A stretch of DNA of 64,000 nt from Eledone cirrhosa (lineage: Eukaryota). Shown piece by piece: positions 35,023 to 50,916 of this stretch; the stretch's first letter is position 1, and every line of letters starts with the position of its first letter. A program made the position numbers and the translations under genes. The stretch covers positions 376,836,001-376,900,000 of the forward strand of contig OZ024742.1 of NCBI GenBank assembly GCA_964016885.1, written 5' to 3'. The notes beneath the pieces were generated by a model. That model was not told the DNA's origin. It was given only the letters and a program-made list of their open reading frames with translations, and did no database searches.

Positions 35023-36046
35023 GGTGATGATGGTGGTGGTGGTGGTGGTGGTGGTGGTGGTGATGGTGGTCATGATGTTGATGATGTAGAGGATGTTGTA
35101 GATGATGATAATGATGCTGATAGTGTAGCCGGTGATGACGATGACAAATGATGATGATGATGGTGGTGGTGGTGGTGGTGGTGGTGGTGGTGGTGGTGAT
35201 GATGATGATGGTGGTGGTGGTGGTGGTGGTGGGATGATGATGGTGATGATGATGGTGGTGGTGGTGGTGGTGGTGGTGGTGGTGATGTTGGTGGTGATGA
35301 TGATGGTGGTGGTGGTGGTGGTGGGAGGATGATGGTGATGGTGATGGTGGTGGTGGTGGTGGTGATGATGATGGTGGTGGTCGTGGTGGTGGTGGGATGA
35401 TGATGGTGATGATGATGGTGGTGGTGGTGGTGGTGGTGGTGGGGATGATGATGGTGGTGGTGGTGGTGGTGGTGGTGGGGATGATGATGATGATGGTGGT
35501 GGTGGTGGGATGATGATGGTGATGATGATGGTGGTGGTGGGGATGATGATGATGATGGTGGTGGTGGTGGTGGTGGGATGATGATGGTGATGATGATGAT
35601 GATGGTGATGATGATGGTGGTGGTGGTGGTGGTGGGATGATGATGATGATGGTGATGATGATGGTGATGGTGGTGGTGGTGGTGGTGGTGGTGGGGATGA
35701 TGATGATGATGGTGGTGGTGGTGGTGGTGGTGGGATGATGATGGTGATGATGATGATGATGGTGATGGTGGTGGTTGTGATGGTGGTGGTGGTGGTGGTG
35801 GTGGTGGTGGTGATGGTGGTGGTGATGATGATGGTGGTAGTGGTGGTGGTGGGAGGATGATGATGATGGTGGTGGTGGTGGTGGTGGGATGATGATGGTG
35901 ATGATGATGATGATGGTGATGGTGGTGGTGGTGGGGATGATGATGATGATTTCAATGACACTGATAGTGATGACAATGATGAGGATGATGTTGACAATGA
36001 TAATGTTGATGTTGATGACTGGTGATGATGACAATGATGATGATGA
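34976..36046. repeat. Compound (GGT)n/(GAT)n trinucleotide repeat
   Basis: Direct inspection; blocks punctuated by GGGA phase shifts. Confidence 0.95.
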
Positions 36047-36319
36047 AGACTCAGTGGACATGTTGTTCAGGTGAAATCACTACATTAATGGATAAATAAT
36101 ACCTGAATGAGAAATTTGGGAAATTTAGGCTTATGAATAGAGATAGCTCTGATGTAAATTAGGAAATGTTATTTGGATGTAAGGTAGATTGTATTAGAAA
36201 GAGCATTCAGCCATAGAAACGATGCCATATATGGACTGTATGAGTGAGATGATGAGGTCTCTCTGACCCTGTCTCCTGTCTGTGACAACCCTTCCAATTC
36301 ATATCAACAAGCATCCCCC

Positions 36320-39300
36320 CCAACACTGTAAAGTTGTCATGTAGGTGTAACGACAAACAGCACCCAGTCCACACTGTAAAATTGTTGTGTAGGTGTAGCA
36401 ACAAAAACACCCAGTACACACTGTAAAGTGGTCGTGTAGGTATCACAACAAAAACACCCAGCCCACACTGTAAAGTGGTCGTGTAGGTATCACAACAAAA
36501 ACACCCAGTACACACTGTAAAGTGGTCATGTAGGTATCACAACAAAAAGACCCAGTACACACTGTAAAGTGGTTGTGTAGGTGTCACAACAAAAACACCC
36601 AGCCCACACTGTAAAGTGGTCATGTAGGTATCACAACAAAAACACCCAGCCCACACTGTAAAGTGGTTGTGTAGATATCACAACAAAAACACCCAGCCCA
36701 CACTGTAAAGTGGTTGTGTAGGTATCACAACAAAAACACCCAGCCCACACTGTAAAGTGGTTGTGTAGGTATCACAACAAAAACACCCAGCCCACACTGT
36801 AAAGTGGTCATGTAGGTATCACAACAAAAACACCCAGCCCACACTGTAAAGTGGTCGTGTAGGTATCACAACAAAAAACACCCAGTACACACTGTAAAGT
36901 GGTTGTGTAGGTATCACAACAAAAACACCCAGCCCACACTGTAAAGTGGTCGTGTAGGTATCACAACAAAAACACCCAGCCCACACTGTAAAGTGGTTGT
37001 GTAGGTATCACAACAAAAACACCCAGCCCACACTGTAAAGTGGTCATGTAGGTATCACAACAAAAACACCCAGCCCACACTGTAAAGTGGTTGTGTAGAT
37101 ATCACAACAAAAACACCCAGCCCACACTGTAAAGTGGTTGTGTAGGTATCACAACAAAAACACCCAGCCCACACTGTAAAGTGGTTGTGTAGGTATCACA
37201 ACAAAAACACCCAGCCCACACTGTAAAGTGGTCATGTAGGTATCACAACAAAAACACCCAGCCCACACTGTAAAGTGGTCGTGTAGGTATCACAACAAAA
37301 AACACCCAGTACACACTGTAAAGTGGTTGTGTAGGTATCACAACAAAAACACCCAGCCCACACTGTAAAGTGGTCGTGTAGGTATCACAACAAAAACACC
37401 CAGCCCACACTGTAAAGTGGTTGTGTAGGTATCACAACAAAAACACCCAGCCCACACTGTAAAGTGGTCGTGTAGGTATCACAACAAAAACACCCAGCCC
37501 ACACTGTAAAGTGGTCGTGTAGGTATCACAACAAAAACACCCAGCCCACACTGTAAAGTGGTCGTGTAGGTATCACAACAAAAACACCCAGTCCACACTG
37601 TAAAGTGGTCGTGTAGGTATCACAACAAAAACACCCAGCCCACACTGTAAAGTGGTCGTGTAGGTATCACAACAAAAACACCCAGCCCACACTGTAAAGT
37701 GGTCGTGTAGGTATCACAACAAAAACACCCAGCCCACACTGTAAAGTGGTCGTGTAGGTATCACAACAAAAACACCCAGCCCACACTGTAAAGTGGTTGT
37801 GTAGGTATCACAACAAAAACACCCAGCCCACACTGTAAAGTGGTCATGTAGGTATCACAACAATAAACACTCAGCCCACACTGTAAAGTGGTCGTGTAGG
37901 TATCACAACAAAAACACCCAGCCCACACTGTAAAGTGGTTGTGTAGGTATCACAACAAAAACACCCAGCCTACACTGTAAAGTGGTCGTGTAGGTATCAC
38001 AACAAAAAACACCCAGTACACACTGTAAAGTGGTTGTGTAGGTATCACAACAAAAACACCCAGCCCACACAGTAAAGTGGTTGTGTAGGTATCACAACAA
38101 AAACACCCAGCCCACACTGTAAAGTGGTCGTGTAGGTATCACAACAAAAACACCCAGCCAACACTGTAAAGTGGTCGTGTAGGTATCACAACAAAAACAC
38201 CCAGGCCACGCTGTAAAGTGGTTGTGTAGGTATCACAACAAAAACACCCAGCCCACACTGTAAAGTGGTCGTGTAGGTATCACAACAAAAACACCCAGCC
38301 CACACTGTAAAGTGGTCGTGTAGGTATCACAACAAAAAACACCCAGCCCACACTGTAAAGTGGTCGTGTAGGTATCACAACAAAAACACCCAGTACACAC
38401 TGTAAAGTGGTTGTGTAGGTATCACAACAAAAACACCCAGCCCACACTGTAAAGAGGTTGTGTAGGTATCACAACAAAAAACACCCAGCCCACACTGTAA
38501 AGTGGTCGTGTAGGTATCACAACAAAAAACACCCAGCCCACACTGTAAAGTGGTCGTGTAGGTATCACAACAAAAAATACCCAGTACACACTGTAAAGTG
38601 GTCATGTAGGTATCACAACAAAAAATACCCAGTACACACTGTAAAGTGGTCGTGTAGGTATCACAACAAAAAACACCCAGCCCACACTGTAAAGTGGTCG
38701 TGTATGTATCACAGCAAAAAACACTCAGCCCACACTGTAAAGTGGTTGTGTAGGTATCACAACTAAAAACACCCAGCCCACACTGTAAAGTGGTCGTGTA
38801 GGTATCACAACAATAAGCACCCAGCCCACACTGTAAAGTGGTCATGTATGTATCACAACAATAAACACTCAGCCCACACTGTAAAGTGGTCGTGTAGGTA
38901 TCACAACAATAAACACTCAGCCCACACTGTAAAGTGGTCGTGTAGGTATCACAACAAAAACACCCAGCTCACACTGTAAAGTGGTCGTGTAGGTATCACA
39001 ACAAAAACACCCAGCCCACACTCTAAAGTGGTCGTGTAGGTATCACAACAAAAACACCCAGTCCCCACTGTAAAGTGGTCGTGTAGGTATCACAACAAAA
39101 ACACCCAGCCCACACTGTAAAGTGGTCGTGTAGGTATCACAACAAAAACACCCAGCCCACACTGTAAAGTGGTTGTGTAGGTATCACAACAAAAACACCC
39201 AGCCTACACTGTAAAGTGGTCGTGTAGGTATCACAACAAAAAACACCCAGTACACACTGTAAAGTGGTTGTGTAGGTATCACAACAAAAACACCCAGCCC

Positions 39301-40450
39301 ACACAGTAAAGTGGTTGTGTAGGTATCACAACAAAAACACCCAGCCCACACTGTAAAGTGGTCGTGTAGGTATCACAACAAAAACACCCAGCCAACACTG
39401 TAAAGTGGTCGTGTAGGTATCACAACAAAAACACCCAGGCCACGCTGTAAAGTGGTTGTGTAGGTATCACAACAAAAACACCCAGCCCACACTGTAAAGT
39501 GGTCGTGTAGGTATCACAACAAAAACACCCAGCCCACACTGTAAAGTGGTTGTGTAGGTATCACAACAAAAACACCCAGCCCACACTGTAGAGTGGTCGT
39601 GTAGGTATCACAACAAAAACACCCAGTACACACTGTAAAGTGGTTGTGTAGGTATCACAACAAAAACACCCAGCCCACACTGTAAAGTGGTCGTGTAGGT
39701 ATCACAACAAAAAACACCCAGCCCACACTGTAAAGTGGTCGTGTAGGTATCACAACAAAAACACCCAGTACACACTGTAAAGTGGTTGTGTAGGTATCAC
39801 AACAAAAACACCCAGCCCACACTGTAAAGAGGTCGTGTAGGTATCACAACAAAAAACACCCAGCCCACACTGTAAAGTGGTCGTGTAGGTATCACAACAA
39901 AAAACACCCAGCCCACACTGTAAAGTGGTCGTGTAGGTATCACAACAAAAAATACCCAGTACACACTGTAAAGTGGTCATGTAGGTATCACAACAAAAAA
40001 TACCCAGTACACACTGTAAAGTGGTCGTGTAGGTATCACAACAAAAAACACCCAGCCCACACTGTAAAGTGGTCGTGTATGTATCACAGCAAAAAACACT
40101 CAGCCCACACTGTAAAGTGGTTGTGTAGGTATCACAACTAAAAACACCCAGCCCACACTGTAAAGTGGTCGTGTAGGTATCACAACAATAAGCACCCAGC
40201 CCACACTGTAAAGTGGTCATGTATGTATCACAACAATAAACACTCAGCCCACACTGTAAAGTGGTCGTGTAGGTATCACAACAATAAACACTCAGCCCAC
40301 ACTGTAAAGTGGTCGTGTAGGTATCACAACAAAAACACCCAGCTCACACTGTAAAGTGGTCGTGTAGGTATCACAACAAAAACACCCAGCCCACACTGTA
40401 AAGTGCTTTGTAGGTATCTTGACAAAAAGCACCCAGTACACACTGTAAAT
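36320..40450 (+). repeat. 47/48-bp satellite (~4.1 kb, roughly 87 units) derived from RTE 3' UTR module
   Basis: Unit CCCAGCCCACACTGTAAAGTGGTCGTGTAGGTATCACAACAAAAACA; period 47 (36601 vs 36648); runs into RTE tail 40440-40610. Confidence 0.97.
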
Positions 40451-40610
40451 GTGGTTGGTGTTAGGAATGGCATCCAGCTGTAGAAACGAAGCCAAAATCA
40501 TTTCTGTATGAATAAGACACGAACATCTGACCTGACTTGCCTCTAATGGGACAACCTGTCTAACCCATTCTAGCATGGAAAATAGACATTAAACGATGAT
40601 GATGATGATG
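40440..40610 (+). mobile_element. RTE 3' tail terminating the 47-bp satellite
   Basis: GGTGTTAGGAATGGCATCCAGCTGTAG...AGACATTAAAC(GAT)n. Confidence 0.88.
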
Positions 40611-40895
40611 AATAAGGAATTAAAACTGGATTTGTGAAAGTGTGTGGCTTATTAAATAGAGTGTTGGATTTGATTCCGAGAGCAGGTGAGGCATTGTGTC
40701 CTTGAGCAAGTCTTTAGTTCACATTGTTCCAGTTCCTTTTGGCAACATATTACATAATGTATATGAGTATATACTGTATATATACTGTGTATATACTGTA
40801 TAGATAGTATATATACTCTATATTTATTGTATATGCTGTATCTATAATAATATAAATATAATAATAAAAATATATGCTGTATCTATAATAATATA

Positions 40896-41163
40896 AATAA
40901 TGAAAATTATTGTGTACAGTACTCAGGTGCACTACAACTCATCAAAGGTGCATGTATAGTAGATAGAATATTGTACAAATGTCAGGAAAGTGAATAGTGT
41001 ATGAGTCATGATATACACACAGATACATGCGTGCATGTGTATGGAGGGGGAATATCAGGTGTAGTGTTGGCGAATCTCAGGAAGCATGGAGGTTTTAAAG
41101 GATGCAGTGTCTCGACAGCTAACAACTGATGCAGGTAGTTTGTTCCATGCTTCAGCAACTCTG
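40896..41163 (-). mobile_element. CR1-type LINE 3' fragment
   Basis: FRVAEAWNKLPASVVSCRDTASFKTSMLPEIRQHYT; homologous to 1046-1323. Confidence 0.8.
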
Positions 41164-41367
41164 AATGTATATACTGTGTATACAGAGAATATAGTATATA
41201 TATAGTGTATAATCTGTATATATAATGTGTATACTGCATCATCATCATCATCATCATCATCACCATATAACATCTATTTTCCATGCTAGCATGTATGTAT
41301 AATGTATGTGTTGTGACAACACTGGTGCCAAGCTGTATCAACATTTGTGTTTCTCTTGTACAGCATC

Positions 41368-41977
41368 ATATGTAGTGTATATAGTGTATATATGATGTAT
41401 ATATAATGTATATATATGGTGTATATATATAGTATAGATATGGTGTATATATAGTGTATATATAAAGTAATATATAGTGTATATAAAGTGTATAGATATG
41501 GTATATATATAGTGTATATATGGTGTATATATAGCGTATATATATATGGTGCATATAGTGTATATATGGTGTATATATAGTGTATATATGGTGTATATAT
41601 AGTGTATATATATGGTGTATATATAGTGTATATATGTAGTGCATATAGTGTATATATGATGTATATATAGTGTATATATATGGTGTATATATAGTGTATA
41701 TATAGTGTATATATATAGTGCATATAGTGTATATATGGTGTATATATAGTGTATATATAGTGTATATATAGTGTATATAAAGTGTATATAAAGTGTATAT
41801 ACGGTGTATATATAGTGTATATATAGTGTATATATATAGTGCATATATAGTGTATATAGAGTGTATATATATAGTGTATATAGAGTGTATATACGGTGTA
41901 TATATATAGTGTATATATAGTGTATATATAGTGTATATATAGTGTATATATAGTGTATATATAGTGTATATATAGTG
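41368..41977. repeat. AT-rich ~11-bp degenerate tandem repeat (GTGTATATATA)n
   Basis: Direct inspection. Confidence 0.9.
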
Positions 41978-42303
41978 TTGACTTGTATTGGCTTTGTTTT
42001 TCAACAACATCAATGACATAGAGAGAGGAATTGACATGCAAGGGTAACTGATAGTTTTCTACAAAACACCTCAGGCTTTCATCTTGGGGAGGAACTATCT
42101 GAAGGAGGCCTTAAAACTGGAGTGAGAAAAACAGTATTTGATTTACCATCCAACATTAAAAACTTTATTTTAACCTATAAGTTCAATTACCTAGTCATTA
42201 CTGATGCAACAGTGTTAATAATGTTATAAATGTTGATAGGGATCATATCATAATAAAACACCCAGTAAAGGTCATAGAGAGGTTGGCATATATATATATA
42301 TAT

Positions 42304-44134
<1,831 letters not shown>

Positions 44135-44339
44135 ATATATATAAATATCTCACTCTATATATATACACACAGACACACGCACACATATATATATGGCATG
44201 TACTGGGTGTGTTTTATATATATATATATGAAGACATGGTCACTCGACTTGGCATTTGTCCGATCACAACTTGTCTAACTCATGATAGCGTGGAAAAAGG
44301 GAGGTTAAACGGTGATGATGATGACGATGATGATAGTGT

Positions 44340-44897
44340 TAATAACTTGGTAGAAATAACAAATGTATAGAGGAATTCAAGTCGGTAGGCGAGTTTTAAT
44401 ATAATTATTAAGGCACATTACTACAACGGAGCCATATCAGGAGAACCAACTTTTTCCTTTTTAGAGATAAGAGTGTGACCCCCCCCCCACACACACACAA
44501 AAGGGGGTTGGGTGTAATAAGAGAAGAACATTGAGAGAAAATAATAAATATCGGAAAAAAACCCAAACTATTTCGACTTCAGTGGGAAAACAACTTCATG
44601 AGTTAGAGTTGCTATGAAGATCAGCGCAAGGAAAAGGGAGGTAACACAACGCTAAAATAAGGATAGGAAATAATTTAGGAAAACTGATTTAAGAAAAAAC
44701 ATCTAGGAAAAATTATTAGAGTTAGTTGCCATTGAGACCAGTTTTTTAGAAGTTGTTTTGTGGCATGGGGGCAGTGTGAGAAGAACTCCGAGCGCGTATT
44801 CAATAGTCTATTGTTGTACAGATTATTCAATATCCACCAGGCCAACGACATGTGCGTCGTTTCTGGTATGGTTTTATTGTAGTAACTGAACTTAGTA
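44340..44897 (-). mobile_element. Penelope-like element 3' remnant (second family)
   Basis: Minus frame LLNTRSEFFSHCPH matches the C-terminal LLN.R.E...C.H motif of Naiad-type GIY-YIG domains; abuts (ACT)n. Confidence 0.65.
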
Positions 44898-44899
44898 AT

Positions 44900-44986
<87 letters not shown>

Positions 44987-45118
44987 CAATAATTATAAGC
45001 TATTTTAATTGGATAACAATTTAACAAAACAAGATTTGCAGGCAGTGTTGTCTGAATTTCTTCTTGTCCTCTTTATATGACATAATATAGAATATTTTAT
45101 GTAGAAATGTCTTTATAC

Positions 45119-45200
<82 letters not shown>

Positions 45201-45325
45201 ATAAAGACATTGGTATATATATATATATATATATACGGTCAATGAAGTTTTATCATATCAGCTTTCAATGCATTTACATTCATATACATACATGCGCACA
45301 CTTAAACACTTAGACACACACCCAT

Positions 45326-45399
<74 letters not shown>

Positions 45400-45507
45400 G
45401 TATGTATTGCATATATATTTATTTGTGTTCGTAAGTGTGTAAGTGTGTGCATGTATGTATATGAATGTGTGTAAGTATTTGAAGCTGATATGATAAAACT
45501 GCATTGA

Positions 45508-45580
<73 letters not shown>

Positions 45581-45664
45581 TATATATATAGTAATAACAA
45601 AATAACAAATATATATAATTTTAAATATTTATTCCTACCAATCTATCCATCTATTGATTAAAAT

Positions 45665-45695
<31 letters not shown>

Positions 45696-46132
45696 CATAG
45701 CTCTACGTACATCTTAAGAATGTTACTTCAGGAAAATTTGATTAAATACGAGACTTGAAATTGTAAAAATTTGAAAGAGTGTGTGTATGTGTATGTGAAG
45801 CTATGGAAGTGTGTGTGTGTGTGCGTGTATCTATATGTGTGTCTGCATGTTCTTTATATATGTGTGTATGTATATATATATGTGTATATGTGTATGTGTA
45901 TGTATGTATAAAAGTATGTATGTATGTATATATGTATGTATGTATGTATGCGTGTGTGTATGTATGTATGTTTGTATGTATGTATCTATGTATGTGTGTG
46001 TGTATGTATGTATGTTTGTATGTATGTATATGTGTGTGTATGTATGTATATGTGTGTGTATGTATGAATGTATATGTATGTATGAATCCATGTATGTATG
46101 TATGTATGTATGTATATATGTATGTGTGTATG

Positions 46133-46172
<40 letters not shown>

Positions 46173-46648
46173 AGAAAAACCACAGACCCTCCATCTCAAC
46201 TCTATTTTTGAAAAGCAGAAGAACTGCGAAACCGGTAAACGAACCAAATAAATATATATATTTAAAAAAAAAATGACTCCAGTTGCATTTTCGATTTCAT
46301 CTATTTTTCTTTATATATATATAAAATATATACATATATATATATATATATATTGAAATGCGCATAATAAAATACATGGAACTCCTTTAACCATCTTTTG
46401 ATCTTATATTATATATATATATATATATATATGCTGTAATTCTCTGAAAGCGTCCCTAAGTATTGTGTAGTAATCGAGTTATTGGAAATATTAATTTCAT
46501 TAAATTCATGAAGTATTCAATATGAGGAAATAGCGTTTATTGGAATTATGGGAAGGCTTGGTACGTACACACACACACGTGTAATACTACATATTTATAT
46601 ACATACTCTTAGATACATATACATACATATATACATACATATATACAT

Positions 46649-46915
<267 letters not shown>

Positions 46916-46921
<6 letters not shown>

Positions 46922-49002
46922 TTCAAGAGTAACCAATCTTAAAGAGAGAGATGGAGAGGAGAGATTGGTGAATTAGTTAGAAGCTAAAGCGTAAAGGCAT
47001 GTGCTCAATGTGCAATATGCAGTGGAAAGCAGCTCGGAGATATTTATAAACCATGCACAATATTATAATAAGGCTCTTTCTGAATCTGGTTATGAACAGT
47101 CCATTTACTACATACCTAAATGCCATAACACAGCAATTCACCATAATAAACTTAACACTAGAACTAGAAATACCTTAGCATATAGCCAGATTCGCCGGAA
47201 TTTTAGCAGTAACAGCACCTATACAGGGAACTTTAATGGTGGCAGCGGCCTGCTCCCCACTCCAAGTACTAAACTAAAAATCAACCTTAGAATAGGAATG
47301 AGCAATGGGATGACAAATAACAAATGCCCAGGCAGTAATAACCCTAGGAAGACCCCTACCAACTCCACTAGAACACCTAGAAGGAATAGGCCTAGAAATA
47401 TCACCTGGCTTAACCCCCCATTCTCATCTAATCTAGCCACTAATATCCCTAAACGCTTCTTCTCTATCCTATCTAAACATTTCCCCCCCAACCATAGATA
47501 TTACAAACTCTTTAATAAAAACAACATTAAAATCTCATTCTCCACAACACCTAACCTAGCTAGCCACATCGCATTCAGTAACCATCATAAGCTAAGACAG
47601 TATAACTCGCACACCGCAGTACCACCACCCCTATCAAATACACCATGTCACTACACCAATAATTACTCTAGTAGCACACCTCCCCCATCTAATCCTTCTA
47701 ACACTGACCAACCGCTTAGGTTAAACTACCCTACTCTCACTAACCGCAGAAGCAACTGCAACTGCCGTTACCCTAAAACATGTCCATTAAATGGACACTG
47801 GCTGACACCCAACATGGTCTATAGGTGCACAGTTAAAACTGCTTCGGATACCAGCTCCTATATCGGGTCTACCTCTAACCGTTTTAAGATACGCTATAAC
47901 GCACACTCTTTTTCCTTCCGAGACGCTAACAACAGATGTTCGACATCTCTAGTTAGGCTCATTAAAAACCTTAAATTAACCAACATTGAACACTGACATG
48001 GAATATCTTAGCTAGGGCCCAACCGTTCAATGGACGAAGAAAATCTTGTGATCTCTGTATTACCAAAGCATATTACATAACACTATCACGACCTCTACCG
48101 ATTAACGATAGAACGGAGGTAACTATTAGCTGTCAACATCGAACGATTAATTGCTTCGCCAACAGAATATTTGACCCAACATAGTCATCCAGCCCCATTT
48201 TTACTTGTAGCTAATAAGTTAAATAGCTATAACTAACTTAGATAATTATAAGTTACCTCCCTTACATTGTCTCTCAATTAAAAAATTAAAAAATTAGCAC
48301 TTAACTATAAACTACCCACAATTTCTAATCTCTCGAGGAGTTACTTCCCCTGAAACCACCCTCTAATTAGTAAGGTAAATATGTCCATTGGCGGCCATCT
48401 TGTTACCCATAGGCAGATATCACACAATGCAGCCTCGACAGAAGAATACTGCTTGATTATGGCAGACAATTGATACACCCAGGACACCATAGTGAAATAC
48501 CAATATATGGAACATTACATTTCTGTAACATTCTCTCCTTATTTTAATTTATATTCCTTTGAAGTTCCGATGAGCCGCTCTGTTTTTAACTATGTTAATT
48601 ATTTTCAACTGAACCAGATCAATAATGATATATAGTCATTTGATCCAGAAATATTATATGGAGTAGAAAAACAATTGTAAACGGACATTATTATTATTAA
48701 TATTATTATATAGGGCGGGAATTGGCAGTATCGGTAGAGAGTCGGACGCCATGCTCTCTAGCATAGTTACGTCCCTTTACAGTCTGAGTTCAAATCCCGC
48801 CGAGGTTAACTTTGCCTTTCATCCTTACGGGGTCGATAAAATAAAGTACCAGTAATGTACTGGGTTTTTGCTGGCCTTGTGCCTAAAGTAGAAACAATTA
48901 TTATTATTATTCTCTACATTACTTACATCAAACTAAAATATGTTGACAATCTTTTAATAATGTCTTTCTTGTGAAATTTGTGGTCTTGTTTTGCTTAACT
49001 AA

Positions 49003-49008
<6 letters not shown>
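46916..49008 (+). mobile_element. Penelope-like element copy 2 (same family as 10592-13445), 5'-truncated, preceded by inverted terminal pLTR segment
   Basis: ORF 47001-47996 continuous through the GIY-YIG region; 46916-47033 is reverse complement of ~13337-13445. Confidence 0.93.
48712..48910 (+). mobile_element. Full-length tRNA-derived SINE inserted into (TTA)n of the Penelope pLTR
   Basis: A box TGGCAGTATCGG, B box GAGTTCAAATCC, conserved core; absent at the equivalent site of copy 1 (~13165-13195). Confidence 0.9.
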
Positions 49009-49061
<53 letters not shown>

Positions 49062-49069
<8 letters not shown>

Positions 49070-49990
49070 GAATAATCGAGTATCGGAAAATCAGCTCACG
49101 AATTTACGATAAACAAATCCGAAATGAATGGCAGAGGGCTCAATAATTCAGATAAATCAGAGCTATAACTATCGTTAAGATACCAACACACAAAGATTAT
49201 GCCTAAAATCACCCGTGCAGCCGAAAAATAACGACCAGGAAGATTCGGGTCACTCAGATAAAATATCAATAAATCAATAATTCATATGAATGTAAAAACT
49301 TACCCGCACCCATTAGAAAGGTGGTAAATCTAGCTTCTTGGGTTTCTGCTATTCCTTAATCCACCCCCTATCAGCCCACATAAAAATATATAAGACTTCT
49401 AGGGAGAGGAGGGACCGGAACAACTTTATCAACGGGCCATGTCCGACGAATGTAGAAGTTAACTATAGCTAGACGCACATGGAGTCCAGCAAGGGAGATA
49501 ACCTCTATATTCGCGAAAGATAATCGGTAATGTGGAATACACATATCGAATAAGAGTGCTCGATAGACATGTTAAAATAAACAGGAGCTATTCATCATTC
49601 AATAGAATCGACAAAAAATGAACAATAAAATTAACTGGTCAATAGCTATGTCTAGAGCTAAATATAATAGAATAATCGAGTATCGGAAAATCAGCTCACG
49701 AATTTACGATAAACAAATCTGAAATGAGTGGCAGAGGGCTCAATAATTCAGATAAATCAGAGCTATAACTATCGTTAAGATACCAACACACAAAGATTAT
49801 GCCTAAAATCACCCGTGCAGCCGAAAAATAACGACCAGGAAGATTCGGGTCACTCAGATAAAATATCAATAAATCAATAATTCATATGAATGTAAAAACT
49901 TACCCGGACCCACTAGAAAGGTGGTAAATCTAGCTTCTTGGGTTTCTGCTATTCCTTAATCCGCCCCCTATCAGCCCACATAAAAATATA
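49062..49990. repeat. Partial tandem duplication, 600-bp period (~1.55 units), bounded by (TA)n
   Basis: 49062-49390 repeated at 49662-49990 with few differences. Confidence 0.92.
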
Positions 49991-50000
49991 ATATATATAT

Positions 50001-50345
50001 ATAGTTAAAGAAAGGAGAGTAACATGGTTGGCTGTACAATAATGGCTTTATTTAAAGTACTGACAATTGTTTCGTTGATCAGGTGTGTCTAGAGTTCGCT
50101 AATCGCTTGAGGTTGCGTCAATCGATCTCCAATACATTGTTTACCTCTGGTCAACACATCAGAGTACGTAGATATGAAAATAATTCACTCGAGGCAAGAC
50201 TTATATAGAAAAACAGCGTTAAACCAAAACAATTGTTTTGGTTTTAGCGAGCTCTAGGCACACCTGATCAACGAAACAATTTTCAGTACTTTAAATAAAG
50301 CCCCTATTGTACAGCCAACCATGTTACTCTCCTTTCTTTAACTAT
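50001..50345. repeat. Fold-back element (~100-bp arms) containing long-stem-II hammerhead on minus strand
   Basis: Arms 50001-50102/50244-50345; minus 50057-50167: GTACT-CTGATGT-GTTGACCAG...CTGATCAAC-GAAA-CAATTG-TC-AGTAC. Confidence 0.8.
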
Positions 50346-50524
50346 TATTACTCCAAGTATAACCTGCATAGGAATTACCGCGAACTCGCTGCAAAACTAT
50401 GGAAACATCTTGTTGAGTCAAACATCAAACAAAGCAGTTCGTTAAAACTATCCACGACGTAGAGTACTCTTAACCGCTAACTGGATTACCTATAACGATA
50501 ACTTGTTATCTCATATATAGATAT

Positions 50525-50642
50525 AAGTGGTAACACGACAGTTAGTTCACCAATTGTTCCACCTTAGCGGATCTTCAGCTCAGATCCGCTAATGTGAAAC
50601 AATTGTTCTCGGTATGGTTAACTAACTGTTGTGTTACCACTT
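50525..50642. repeat. Short fold-back element with GAAA-CAATTG-TT hammerhead 3' half
   Basis: AAGTGGTAACACGACAGTTAGTT / AACTAACTGTTGTGTTACCACTT outer arms; TTAGCGGATCT/AGATCCGCTAA inner arms. Confidence 0.7.
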
Positions 50643-50699
50643 CTACCTAACTCGTCCCATGGACTGAGTGCTCTACCACTACGGATATTACTTTCCAGT

Positions 50700-50795
<96 letters not shown>

Positions 50796-50848
50796 ACAGA
50801 AATAGCCGTCGAAACGGCTTGAGCTCTGCCGTCGGGGTCATACTTTTT

Positions 50849-50916
<68 letters not shown>

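Noticed and set aside
34889-36061. His/Pro/Thr-rich 390-aa minus-strand ORF
   Set aside because: All three minus frames give the same rotating homopolymers; microsatellite artefact with no clear splice context.
36320-40450. CRISPR-like regular repeat array (also 21018-21575, 60302-60838)
   Set aside because: Units are head-to-tail with no unique spacers, no cas genes, and each derives from an adjacent retroelement.
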